Shown here: in pieces, positions 24,701 to 36,900 of the stretch
How the letters are laid out: each line of letters starts with the position of its first letter
Position numbering within the stretch: the first letter of the stretch is position 1
Assembly: GCF_902459465.1 (NCBI RefSeq)
Contig: NC_047070.1
Span: forward strand, 12,276,001-12,340,000
DNA: 64,000 bases
Direction: 5' to 3'
Source: Asterias rubens
Taxonomy: Eukaryota
Translations under genes and position numbers: made by a program
The notes under the pieces: generated by a model
Seen by the model: only the letters and a program-made list of their open reading frames with translations
Database searches by the model: none
What the model was told of the DNA's origin: nothing

Positions 24701-26520
24701 TGGAACAAGATGTCTGCCCTCTGGGGAAGAACCACCAGGCGGTGCACCAGTAGCCTGGTAAGGCGGGTGAACCACGGTTGGCGGGGCCAAAAAGGGGCTA
24801 TAAGGAGGATTTTGCACTCCTGCTGCTCCAGTTTGGTGAGAGGAGTTTTAGAGAAGCGAGATCGGGGGGAAAGCATACGCTAGAAGCCCGTCCAACTGGA
24901 CAGCCAGAGCGTCCCTCCGAGCAGTACGTCGGGAGTTGGTGGTTGTTGCTTGAAGCGAACAGATCGACGTGTGGGCGGTCGATCAGTTGGAACATTAGTT
25001 GAGCAACCTGAGGACGCAGCGTCCACTCTGTGGGGTGGATCCACCCCCTGGACAGAGCATCCGCTGTGACGTTCTCCTCGCCCGGGAGATGAATCGCCGT
25101 AAGGGAGACCTCGTTGTGCATGCACCAGTGGAGCAACTCCCAGGTGTGTGCGCACAACTGGGGGGACCGAGTCCCCCCCTGGCGGTTGATGTATGACACG
25201 ACGGTGGTGTTGTCGGATTGAACCAACACCACCTGGCCAACCACCACCCTCCGGAAACATTCGAGATCGTAGGTCACTGCTAGCAGCTCGAGTACATTGT
25301 GTGGGCCGAGCTGTGCTCGAGGCCCCAACACCCGGCCACCTGGCGTTGGCCCAGGGTAGCCCCCCAGCCCGACAGAGCTGCGTCCGTTGTGACAGTCAAT
25401 GACGGTCGGGGCTTGCAGAAAGCTCGACCCCCCCAAGAGGTTTGCGTCATCGAGCCACCACCGGAGGTGTGGGTCCAGCCACGCCGAAGTCGGCACCAAA
25501 TGACTGATGGTGTTGCGACTGGGTCGGTAAAAGGAAAGCAGGTGGAATTGTATCGGTCTCATACGAAGCCTGCAAAACTTTATGACGTCCACCATGCTGG
25601 CCATGAGCCCCAACAGTCGGAGCCAGGCCCGAGCCGGGGCCCCCGACGTTGCCAAAAAGAGGGAAGCGCATTGTTTGAGGTTCCTCGAAGGGAGGGCCAT
25701 GCAGCCCGGCCCATAGGTCGAGTGACGCCCCAAGAAAAGTTGGGCACTGGGACGGGGTCAGCTGGGATTTCTCGGTGTTTATGAGAAACCCCAGATCGGC
25801 TACCAGCCGCCACGTTAGCGCGAGAGCTGCTTGTGTGGAGGCCCAGGATTGACCCACGATCAACCAGTTGTCGAGGTAGGTGAACACCGACACCCCCAGC
25901 CTCCGCAAGGCGGCCCCTACCACCTTCACTTATCAGGTGAAGACCCGAGGGGAGGTGGAGAGGCCGAACGGGAGCACTGAGAATTCGTATCGGACATTTA
26001 TGGTATTGAAACCAAAGGAATTTCCAGTGCTCTCGGCAGACGGGAACGTGAAGGTAAGCGTCCTTCAAATCCAGGCTTGCCGCCCACGCCGACGTCCGGA
26101 TGGACTCTAATGTAATTTTGAGAGTGTCCATCCGAAAACGCCTGGGGCGAATAAACCTGTTCACAGGCTTGAGGTTTAGGATGGGACGCCAAGTGCCGGC
26201 CTCCTTCTTGGGGACCAAGAAGAAGGTCGACATAAACCCCGACCTTATTTCGCCCGATGGAAGAACATGAACCGCCCTTTTCTTGATGAGGGATGTAATC
26301 TCCTCTTCGAGAGAAAGGCGTTGTTTTGGGTCGGTCGGGATCAGCGTCGGCCGAACCAACATTTCCGACGGAGGGGTGCCAGTGAACTCGATCGCATAGC
26401 CGCGATCGACTGTACTGAGCACCCATCGGTCGGAGGTTACCTGAGCCCAGGACCCCGCAAAGTCGCGGAGGCGGCCCTCCAATGGTCCGACGATGGGAGG
26501 TCGCCGCGAGTCTGACACGT
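24700..26520 (-). pseudogene. DIRS pol: RT, RNase H, DAM-like methyltransferase
   Basis: STFFLVPKK..WRPILNLK..FRMDTL, LDLKDAYLHVP, YLDNWL (YxDD mutated), HNVLELLAV..SDNTTVVSYINRQGGTRS, HVDLFASSNN; several frameshifts. Confidence 0.92.
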
Positions 26521-28261
26521 CACTTCCGCCAGCCCCCGGGGTAGCGGGGGGCCGGTGCTCGGAAGCCATGACGGGCAGCTGGGCGTTGTTGACCAGCAAA
26601 CGGCTGGGGTTGCGTGGTACGCGTCCCCGCCGAGCTGGCTGCCCGGTTCCGAAAAACACCGCGTGCGGGCTTGAACGGTTTACGCTGAGGGATAACAAAT
26701 GAAGGCTTACCTCGACCCTGAGGTGGCTTGGCGGAGGGGCCCGCCGGCTTCTTGAGGTTAATTTTCTCAGTAGCTTTAAGCCGCTTGGCCTCCGCCTGCA
26801 TTAGATCCTCGAATTTCCCTGCAAATAAATCTCCGCCCGCCAAGGGGAGGGCCTCAAACCTCTTGCGAGCGCCCGGAGACGGGAGAAAAAGGGCGTCGAG
26901 TGCGTTGCACCGACGAGCCCGCGTCGCCAATGTCGTCACTTGTGCGAACTGGTCTAGCGCTGTCTTCAGCCCATGGTCAAGGCACTGAAAAGCCGCCCGC
27001 AACATGTCCGCGGGAACATCACTGTCCTCTTCGCACACCATAGCCAAGTATTCGGTTAAGAGCAGCAAAAATGATGTTGACCGCATACCAAATCTAGAAG
27101 CGACATCAACTTTCTTCAGGGTCTCCTCAAACCTATCTCTCACTTTGTCTGGGAAAGCCCTTTTGGATGCTGTAGCCCCGGCATCGGGGCCTAATTTATC
27201 TTTCACAGAGTCATGTAGCACTGGCATGGCAAAGAACTCCTCGAAGTCCACCTGAGGAAACTGGTAGTATTCACTCTCATGAGATGAATACAACTCTGTC
27301 TCCGTTATGGATAACCGTTGCAGCTGTGCCACCTCATCCTCCCCAGCCGAATCGCCGGAGCGAGATGCATGGGTGGACACCGGGGATCGGGAGCCGTGTG
27401 AACTCGTTGGAGTGGCGTCCCGGCCCTGCACATGAGGCCCCCCCTTGGTCGAAAAAGACGACGATGGGTGGATGCTCAACGCCGGCTAACCGTGTGTGGC
27501 AAATCCTGCTGTACTGCCCCCAACCAACCATGGCCAATGACCTTTGGTTGGGGGGGGGGGGGGTTAAGTAATTTCAATCGGTGGCCCAAACCCGACGGGC
27601 ATCTGCCGGGAGGCAGGGAGGCCAGTCAGGGATGCCGTAAAGGACTGAAATGCTTGGAAGAGATCAGCCCTTGTCATCAAATCTTCCCCCTTACGGCGTA
27701 TGCCGTGGGCAGATTGATCCGAACTCGAGCTTCTCGAGGAAGAGCAGCGCGCACGCCGCGACTTCTTATTCTTTCCACCCCTGTGTGACGTATTGCCTTG
27801 AGTAACCGAAGACACGTCAGATGGCTGAGGAACGGGCACCCCAGAACACCGGAAACCCGATGCCGTGGAGCGCCCGTCCAAGCGTGACACGCTCAGGGGC
27901 AACAGTCCGTCTAGCCCTCCCCCGGCCCGCTGTGCCCCAACACCCATCGGGTTAGCGGGCGCTGCGTGGTCCGGAAACCCGGTTAACTACCCGCCCCGGT
28001 CACCCGTGCTGTATTGCACTGTGCCAGGGGGGCCCCGAGAGGCCAGAACCCATTGAGCCACGACGGGTAGCCACAATGGGCTGTCCGGTGCTCTTGGTTT
28101 GGTCGGTGGCAAGCATCAGATCCGGTACAACGTCTTGCTTACCAACTCGACCCTTCTTAGGCTTAAGTTCCGTCTTTGGGGCTCGGGTAACCCGCCCCTT
28201 GGACACAGCCTTGCGTTTGCCAGCCCCACTATCTTTGGCCGATGCTGGGGACCGAGTACTC
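26520..28261 (-). pseudogene. DIRS gag, 3' part
   Basis: 319-aa ORF ending RRCNALDALFLP..FEALPLAGGDLFAGK, directly upstream of pol. Confidence 0.8.
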
Positions 28262-28374
28262 CACGGTGTTACAATGGGGAAATCTAATTTGGCGCCCTCT
28301 CGTGGTTATATATTGCCAGTCGGACGAAAACGCACGATAGCGCATGCGTGGTAGTTAGGAACGCTACAACAATC

Positions 28375-31300
28375 ATGGCGTCTCGTTCATGCTTTGTTTG
28401 TATGACGAAAAAGAGCTCAAGATTTCACAAAATAGCGACGAATTTAGAGGATATTTTAAATGAAATATGATCGCGAAGATACTGAAGATAGACGGTTGTG
28501 TGCAACGTGCGTGGGCAACGTGGTCACATACAGAAAATGTGGGAAAACCTTCCACCACCGTGTAGCGTCGAAGGGTAAAGTTGGCTTTGTAGGGCACCGG
28601 AAAATCGGGGGGAAACGGCAGAGTAGCGCTAGCGTTAGCGGCGGGGAAGCTGATGATCGTGGGGACCCGATGGACGCTGGGGACGTGGGGGGTGGTGGTG
28701 ACGGCGATCACGATGTCAGACCAGCACCACCAGCAGAAGAAGAACCAGCAGCAGAAGTAAGCCGACCTCCGTCCATATCGGAAGTAAAACTTCAGCGTCT
28801 TTTGACCGTTTCTGACGATATGCCTCTCAACAAAGACCAGGAGCACCTCTTTACCAAAATTCTCAACAAGAAGCAGCAAGCATCCCAAAGTGGCCTCGTT
28901 ACTGCCGTCAATCCCCGAGGTCGTCCGAAGAGATTGCTGCCAATCCCAAGTGCAGAGACGGGGAGTACAACATGTACGCTAAGAACGAAGAGACAAAGAA
29001 GTCAGCTTCTTGAATTTGTTGAGAAGCTGACTAGCTCTCCAAGTGATTCGTTACCATCTACCCCATCTTCGTCGAGAACTCCTTCCCCACTCACCACGAC
29101 AAGCGATGTCAGCAGTCAGCGTTTGTTTCATCTGAAACGCAACAAAGCCCAGTACATGGACATGATGAAATCTGCCGGCTTCAAGGTATTTGGGAAGTTT
29201 TCGAGAGGTGCTGTACAACACATAAAATCTGTTGTACCATTCAACATGTTTCGCCTGTTGAAGAGGGTGTTTCGTTCTGAGGGTTTCGATGTTCTGGGCT
29301 CCGAGGCACAACTTCGTCACGAGCTTCGGGACATCGAATTTGAGTATGAATGTGGGTCGTTCTTCAATAAACATTATAAAGCCACCTGCAACTTCATCAG
29401 GGTGACGGATGTTGCAGATGTTGTCCCACGAATGGGGACCGAAACCAGAGAGGCAGGGGAACTTCACCAACCGTCAAATATCGCCCAAGGTAGGCTAACG
29501 TTATAAGTATTATTACTAGGCCTAGTACTTTAGTAGTCATTATTTACAAAAAATTCATTGATTGAGCAAGTGCATGGATTAAATTTGAAATTTTGGGTCG
29601 CACTAAATACCGACAACTCACGACAACAATTTTGAAATGCACTTTAACTTTGGCTTTTTATTAAAAAAATTATGTTTTACAAGGCAGCTAATTTTGTTTT
29701 GCAACTGTTACAACTTACATGAATCGTGTTTTTAAAAAATTCATAATTCAAATGTATTCAGTGGTTCGTAACAACTAGGCCTGTAGTGGATTTATTTGCA
29801 GAGATGAAGATGGCTAGTCAGCTATTAAATAAGGAAAAACTCAAATAAAACCTATGCCACATATGGCGTTAATTGAATTTTCTTTAAATTGTTCATTACC
29901 GGACCTCAACCCATGAAATATTATTTACTTTTCCCAGGTACATTGGCCTTGCATGTAACCGGTGATAAGGGAGGGTCTTCCACCAAGTTGTTGTTGCAGA
30001 TCCTAAACAGCACCAAGCAGCACTCGGTAACATCTTCAAAGCTCCTTGCCTTTTTTGAGGGATGCCCAGATGACAGGTATGTTCGTTTAAAGGAGCACAC
30101 CAGTTTACCGTTTACCTAAATAGTAATTTAGATGGCCTTTGTGCCTTGTGTATGTGATGGGCGTCTGCCATAAAAAAAAGACAATTAGCTCCATTCTATA
30201 AACTAATTGTTGTCAAAATGTTCTTGAAAATTCATAGAAAAGTTTATTGTTGCACAATTCGCTGTATTCCAACAATGCGCTAAGTTTATTGAAAGCATGA
30301 GGGAGCGTACGGTTCGACCCAAATTTTTTTTTAAAATCTTGTCATGACTGTTCAAGTGTATGTAACATACTCTAATTTTGTTTTTCCCCTGTAGGTTCAG
30401 TATAGAGACTTCATTCCAGCCAGTGTTTGACGCTCTGAAAGAAGTTGCAGACCACATCGAGGACTTCTCGCTGATAGCGCCAGACCCATTGTCTCCACCG
30501 AAGTGTCATGATGATAATCCGCCGAAGAAGCCAGGTATGCTTCATTCTATACTTTGCTGTCAAAGATTTATCAGCATTATTTTGTTAAAGGCAGTGGACA
30601 CTATTGGTAATTACTCAAAATAATAATTAGCATAAAACCTTACTTTGTGATGAGTAATTAGGAGAGGTTGATGGTACATTGTGAGAAACGGCTCCGTCTG
30701 AAGTGACATAGCTTTGGAGAAAGAAGTAATTTTCCATGAATTTGATTTTGAGGCCTCAGATTTAGAATTTGAGGTCTCAAAATCAACCATCTCACTAAAC
30801 GCACACAACTTCGTGTGACAAGGGTGTTTTTTCTTTCATCATTTAATATCTCGCAACCTCAACGACCAATTGGGTGAGCTCAAATTTTCACAGGTTTGTT
30901 ATTCTATGCCTAAGCTAGATACACCAAGTGAGAAGTCTGGTCTTTTGACAATTACATGTACCAATAGTGTCCAGTGTCTTTAAAACAAGTTCAAGTTTTC
31001 AACCCTTTCAGTTTCTTATTCAGTTTTCAATTAAATAAATCATCTTTTGTGATTTTTCACATTTGTCTGTGCAGAAATTTCATGGAACCCTCTGCAACCC
31101 TTCGATGACAGCAACACTACCGTCAGCAAAGAGTGCAGCGACTGCTTGGCTCACCACCATGGCTCATCACTGATGCAGACTAGTGGTGATGGGTCACCAC
31201 ATGCACTAGATGCAAAACCAGATGGGGACATGTCTGCTTGCAATGAAGGTAAAAGTGTTTTTCGTTTGTGCCAGTTGACCTATGGTGGGGATTGGGAGTG

Positions 31301-32609
31301 GCTGGCAAAGCTGTTAGGATTAACAGGCCCAAATGGAAAACATTATTGCCTCCATTGCAAAACGACTCTCCAGGACCTTGAAAAGGGAACTCCTCACGCC
31401 CTTCATATACTTCCTAAGTACAGACAGCCTGAAGGGAATGACGGTATTCAAGCCCCCTTCAGAACACTAAACGAGTGTTGCCAACAAAGCAAGGCTTTCA
31501 TTGACGCTGGAAGAATAACCAAGGACGCATCACAATATTTAAATTGTATATTAACCCAATAATTTGCGGGGAGGGTAATATTTTGGATTGTGTGAGCACA
31601 ACACCACTACACATTAGCTTAGGTTTGGGAAAACAAATAATAGATATATTGGAAAAACAGGTAGGTGAACTGGATGCAGAGGTCAGGGATTCTGGGGTTG
31701 TCTTTTGTGACGAAGTGAGAGATCTTTATTCAAGGAAAGAGGCTCTGTTAGAGGACAAAACTAGGTTGGAAGAGTAAAAACGAGTTCTAGGGGAAGAGAA
31801 GCAGGAGAGAGTGCAGACAATAGAAGCAGTCATACAGGGCAACCTAGATCACTTTGAGCGAGTTAATGGTAGGTTAGTTTGCAACACTGCTGTGGCAAGG
31901 GACTCACGAAAACAAGTTGCTGAACTTAAGAGGGATGTAAAGGAAGTAGAAGTAAGAATCAAAAGTACCGAGAAGGAAGTTGCCGCTGTTGATAAACTGC
32001 AACTTGAAATACAAGAAGCAACATGTAAGGTCAAGGGACCATTTAAAGAGCGGTTTGATGCAGTCATCGATGAATTGAGGTTAAAAAGAGCTGCATACCA
32101 CAGCGGGGCATTTGTGGGATCAGACATCAACAAGGTCTTTAAGCTTAAGAACATCCCAAAATTTGGTCACATTTTCAAACCACTAACTATTCTTGGGGTA
32201 TCTTTCAGCTCATGTACGTTGAGGGTTAAAATTACATGTCTGCTTAATAAATTTAGATTATGTTATAACTTGTATACAGCAAATCGCCCCCTATGTAAAG
32301 CACGAGGTAGAGTTACTGGTACTTCGCTGTTGTAGCTTCGGAAGTTGGTTTCCCGTGAACTTTCCAAACGAAAGTCTCAAACGAAAGTTCCATCTTCTAA
32401 CTGTTGAAGTACCACGTCAAGCTAGACGACTGTGTTCAGTAGGCTTGTACACAGAGCAAGCATCAGAGAGCATTCACCCACATGTGAATAGGCTCGAGAG
32501 AATGTACTCATCGGTTCAGAATATTCCTCAGAGGCAGGCATTAATTGCCAAGCAGCATAACCTTTATTCTGTGGCACGTTCATATGAAAGTGGCCAGCCT
32601 CACCAGTAA
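28375..32609 (+). pseudogene. Four-exon RAG1-core-like DDE transposase with N-terminal C2C2 zinc finger
   Basis: Exons ~28375-29489, ~29938-30078, ~30395-30534 and ~31075-32609 splice in frame (GT-AG). Motifs: CFVC...CATC, VTGDKGGSSTK (D1), YGGDWEWL (D2), CLHC, TPLHISLG, YHSGAFVG, KFHLL, EQASESIH (E). Three frameshifts and one stop. Confidence 0.85.
30589..30979. mobile_element. TTAA-flanked MITE (Kolobok-like AG termini) in transposase intron 3
   Basis: TIR AGGCAGTGGACACTATTGG versus inverted CCAATAGTGTCCAGTGTCT. TTAA on both sides. Same family at 55274-55651, with partial copies near 8860-9025 and 52070-52420. Confidence 0.8.
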
Positions 32610-34327
32610 ATCGAAATTCCTTTAATCTAATGTAATACGTGAAGTATTTCTTTCAAATTTTCAGTAACCAGCCATGATAATTCAAAATGTGGAGAGACGG
32701 TAATGTTCTAATAATGTTTGACGTCAATGAATAAAATGCTGTTTAATCGATTGAATAAAATGTTTAATCGATAAGGAGCTTGTTTTCGTAATTTAAATGA
32801 AATCCTGAATTAATGTCATTACCTGTAACTTGTAAACAAAACTGGAATACATATACATGTATTCGTCTAGCTTGACGTGGTAACTCTTCTCGATTTCGTA
32901 CAAATCATCATGTGATTTATTTTTGTTTGGAACTGAATGTATGTACATAGTTTTTATTTCATTTTCCAATATATTTGTTGATGTTGAATGTTTTTACCAC
33001 AACCGTTTGCCTAATTATTTGCTATTACAGTGGATAATGATGAAGCTAAAAACATGTTATGTTGAAGGAAAATAATTGTGTGGCAAAATCATTGCAGGTT
33101 GGCCTAATAAAACATTGGTCATACATTTCAGAATTTGTCATGTTTGTTATAATTTATAAAAACTGCTAACATTCTCAGTAGTTATTTAAATTTGTAATAT
33201 TGTTGTGAGAAACCGAACAAAATTAAATAATAATCGGTATGAATGTAAATAAAGCAGCTATTCAACATAATGCCATCAAAGACTCCTTTTCCATGTCATG
33301 TTTTCTTAGTCAAAGCAAATTGCAGTTGGGAAATTGGTGAGCCTAGCAGAGCTAGCATGCATGCAGCGCGCGAGCGACGTCCCATGCGAAATGTTGTCAT
33401 GAGGATGCAACCAAAATGGCGACTTTGTTCACATGAAAACGTCTTCCATTGACGCTCAAAAACGTACCATAAGCATGTTTTCCCTTTTACTATTAAATAA
33501 AAGCACTTCGAATATAGGAACTACGGATACTCATCTCTATTATTCTAAAACAACTTTAATGTTAGTTGACCGAGTTATTGATCAAATTCGGGAATTTGGG
33601 TGGGTAATGTTGAGCAAATTCTCCGGCAGCGTAATCTACTTACATTTTCTGAAAAAATACGTCGAGAGACGAAGTACAAAATACCACATTTTGACCAATC
33701 GCCGATGAAAGGGAATGCCTGTCTCTTTCAAGTTAACCTTAATAGTATAATAATGCCACCCATGAGTTCAGTTTTCAAATATACGTTTGTTAAAACGTGA
33801 TTTATGGTGCTTTTTTTACATGAGAAAATCCACCAGGCGAACTATTTCTCTAGGTTTGACCAACTCGACCTGCATACGATTAGATAGGAAAACTACGTAG
33901 CAACCGATTACTTAAGCCATGTAGACCGATCTATTATTTTTAAAGGGGTGTTTGGGGAGCAATAACTGAAGAGAAAGTACTGTTAGTTGATTTGGTTTTC
34001 TAGACAAAGCAACAATTGTACGACATTTGATTGATGACGTCACTGCAATATAGTAAAATATAATCAGAGGTATTCTGGCTCTTTTTTGTTTTGTTTTAAA
34101 GCATTACGGTGAGATGGTACAGCTAGTACCCCCTTTAATATAATAGAACAGTCCAACAGGCCTGGCTCTATAGGGTGTACGTGGTGAGGGTGGTTTTGTT
34201 AGCGAACAATGATCTCATGAATATTCATATGACGCTCAAAGCCAAAACGACCTTCGATCTCAAAGCGCCCTCTATTGTTTTTAAATAGACAAAAGATTTC
34301 CGGTATTAAGCGACCTGAACAGCCGTG

Positions 34328-34488
34328 ACTCGGGCCCCCCCGACATCACCAGTGGACTGGGACTGGGACGGCAACGTAGTGTCGCCGACACAGCCTACCG
34401 AGGACTCTGACTGTCCCGAGGGGATGTAACTTCCCTCAGTTACGACAGACTTTGTCCTCCCAAAACGCTTCATTTTCTTCTCACACAA
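34328..34488 (-). pseudogene. DIRS gag N-terminus, split off by the Chapaev-like insertion
   Basis: MKRFGRTKSVVTEGSYIPSGQSESSVGCVGDT is homologous to 5580-5676. Confidence 0.75.
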
Positions 34489-34688
34489 TTATATCAATCA
34501 AAAAAACACAAACTACGACAGTTCCACGAACCATACAGTGAAAAATCACACGTAAATGTCATTGCTATTTAAAAATACTTTACTTCCGGGTATTGACTGC
34601 CAAAGTAAATGCTTGTACAGACATCATTCTGAATACAAACGCACGCACCTACATCGAGACACTTATTTTAAGTTGTAGGTGTACTTAC

Positions 34689-34831
34689 CACTGAAATAAT
34701 CAATCTGTTTCTCATAGACTTTAGCTACACCAAACATAAGCTGTGAAGATAAGTAGAGAGAAAGACGTGGGTGTGCTCCATGATGTTTCACTGGCTCAGC
34801 CTTCAGGCATACATACTTCATGATATCATCA
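34689..34831 (-). CDS. REC8: Meiotic cohesin kleisin REC8, N-terminal domain exon
   Basis: (C)DDIMKYVCLKAEPVKHHGAHPRLSLYLSSQLMFGVAKVYEKQIDYFS matches the REC8-type RFSLYLSAQLQIGVIRVY motif. Polypyrimidine-AG acceptor and GTAAGT donor. Confidence 0.85.
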
Positions 34832-34879
34832 CTAAAAGAAAAAGAGGGTACGTTAATATTCACAAATTGCTAGGCAGTA

Positions 34880-35130
34880 TGGCACTTATAATTGGCTAGA
34901 AGTACAGGGCAGTGATACTGTTTATGTGCTCGAAGGCTAGCGTCTGGCACTCGGATAGAAGCAGTCAGAAGGCTGATGTGCACACGCCAAAGCGTGATGC
35001 TGAGTCCACCTTCCACTACCTTTTCCACCTTCCCTCAGGCTTTGTCTGCAAAGGGAAGTTTGGAAGAAACTAGGCCCCTATCGTCGGTAAGTTAATCTGA
35101 CGCCGATTCAGGCAGAACTGGGGTTGAAAA
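34880..35130 (-). mobile_element. DIRS gag fragment
   Basis: Nucleotide similarity to 3370-3520 (gccaaagcgtg..gctgagtcc, ggctttgtctgcaa, tctgacgccga). Confidence 0.7.
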
Positions 35131-35898
35131 AAAAAAAAAAGACATTTCTGACCATCCCCCCCCCCCCCCCTTGCCAAAAAGGCAGGCATAGTCTGATTTT
35201 AGTCTTGAATTTTCCGTTTGTATAGTGTCACAAATTTCAAAACGTAAAAAAAAAAAATAAAAAAATAACATAATTCATTTTTGGACGATCTTACCCTCTT
35301 ATTTCTGCCTTTATAGTATTTTTTGTTCTACCATGTTGATGGGTTCGCATTAATGTGAGGATCGGTTGAATAAAAAACTTCTTTTGCATTTAAATTTTTC
35401 GATCGGTGTCAGCATGGCAGTGTCAGCAACGCACATTATTGGGAGGGTCCAATTCAACTCACCGTCAACTAGCTTGGTGCCGCCAACTCGCCCGTTAACT
35501 CCTCCAAAATAAATTTAAAATCCACAAAAGATGCATAAAACTATACAGTATTGGCTAAAAGAGAATATTAAAAGTTTTAGGCTTCATTTCGATTGTAAGA
35601 ATTTTGTTTTTAAATCGTGAAAAAAAAATCTCTACGCTACAAAGCCGTTGGTCGCCATCTATCGCCATCTTTCTTTTCACATGTTTTTACAAAATGGACA
35701 ACAGAGGGCGCTTTCCTGCATTTGGAATAGTCTTGCCACAAGCCGTGAATGATTGGTACTGCATGTGTAGTATGTACTGCAATTTATGCTAGTTGATCGC
35801 TGAGGCGTTAGGTCAAGACTAGTTCATACCTGCCATCTTGGAAGTGGTTGAGTTGGCTAGTTGACAGCGAGTTGACGGCAGCAACATCATATTTTCTC

Positions 35899-36230
35899 TG
35901 GCCAGATGAATAACGGAGCGCCAGAAATTTATTTTCAATAAAATATATTCTCTGGCCAAATGAAATACGGAAATCTTTTTCAAAACTTCGATTTTCTCCG
36001 GCCAGATGAAAAACGGAATGCTGGAAAACTGTTTTCAACAAAAAATATTTTCTCCGGCCAGATGAAATACGGAGCGCCGGAAATTTTTTATTTTTTCCTT
36101 TTTTTTTCCTCCGGGCAGATGAAACACAGAGCGCCGGAAAAAATCGGGGAAAATTTGAAAAAGCTGGAATGCCGGCAATAGCCGGAAAACTGGCATCCCG
36201 GAAAACTGGATGTACAAGCCCGGTGGGGCA
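35899..36230. repeat. Degenerate tandem repeat inside an unclassified insertion
   Basis: About five copies of tctcYggccagatgaaaYacggagcgccggaaa. Confidence 0.7.
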
Positions 36231-36720
36231 AAATTCTGAACCACGACAGCCGAAATGCTGTCATGAAATCATCCAGGGGTAACGACTTGTTACCCCGACG
36301 TGGGCGCCCCTTGTGCGAAGATCAGTCCCAGGTTTAATCCGAGGCCTTCTTGTAGGATTCCTGGGTGACCGGGACGCCCGAGCAGCGGGTAAAAACCCGG
36401 GGTATGCGGGGTATGCCAGGGGACTCCCAGCTATCCGGCCCCACGTCACCAATCCTTCTACCCATCGCAAGCACCCCACAGCCTATGGCGTGGGCGGGTC
36501 CTGATCGGGTATGGCAGCCCTGCGAAAGCCCATCAACGGCCGTCATGGGGGAACCCCTGTGGCCGGCGAGGGCCGGGTAAGCCGAGCCGTGTGGAGGGGG
36601 GATGCCCTCCGGCTGCAGAGGCCCGGAGTCCGGGTCGAGAGAAGGCACGGTGCGCTCCGGAGCCACCCCTAGTCATACTTATCCTGGTTATTGCTCCAGC
36701 ACCAGCTTTTCTTCGTCTTG
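36180..36720 (-). mobile_element. DIRS gag fragment
   Basis: Shares gggactcccagcta, gcctatggcgtg and gagccgtgtggagggggg with 4130-5400. Confidence 0.8.
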
Positions 36721-36900
36721 ACAAATACGCTTTCAATCCTGAGTGAAGTTATGCTTACGTTCCAAGATACGCAGCTACATTTACGTTCCAAGATATGCTT
36801 AAGTTCCAAAAGATATGGTTATGTTCTAAGCTACGCAGCTACGCTCATACATTCCAAGATACGTTTAGGTTCCAAGTTAGGCGCGCGGTCCATTCAGGGC
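36720..36900. repeat. Dispersed repeat with internal ttacgttccaagatacgc units; second copy at ~44690-44870
   Basis: Direct sequence match between the two loci. Confidence 0.65.

Larger units (their letters stand above)
28262..34327 (+). mobile_element. RAG1/Transib-fold (Chapaev-like) DNA transposon, 6066 bp, both ends present
   Basis: CACGG...CCGTG termini. 4-bp TSD ACTC at 28258-28261 and 34328-34331. The flanks rejoin DIRS gag. It encodes a RAG1-core-like transposase. Confidence 0.85.
23690..34600 (-). mobile_element. DIRS1-type retrotransposon with gag, RT, RNase H, methyltransferase-like domain and YR; interrupted by the Chapaev-like element
   Basis: Removing 28262-34327 and one ACTC rejoins the gag sequence (GGPSTRSPASAKDSGAGKRKAVSKGRV, one-base slip in the G-run). 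The outer boundaries are approximate. Confidence 0.88.

Noticed and set aside
32610-34260. RAG2-like partner gene next to the RAG1-fold transposase
   Set aside because: No kelch/PHD-like ORF or exon is recognisable on either strand
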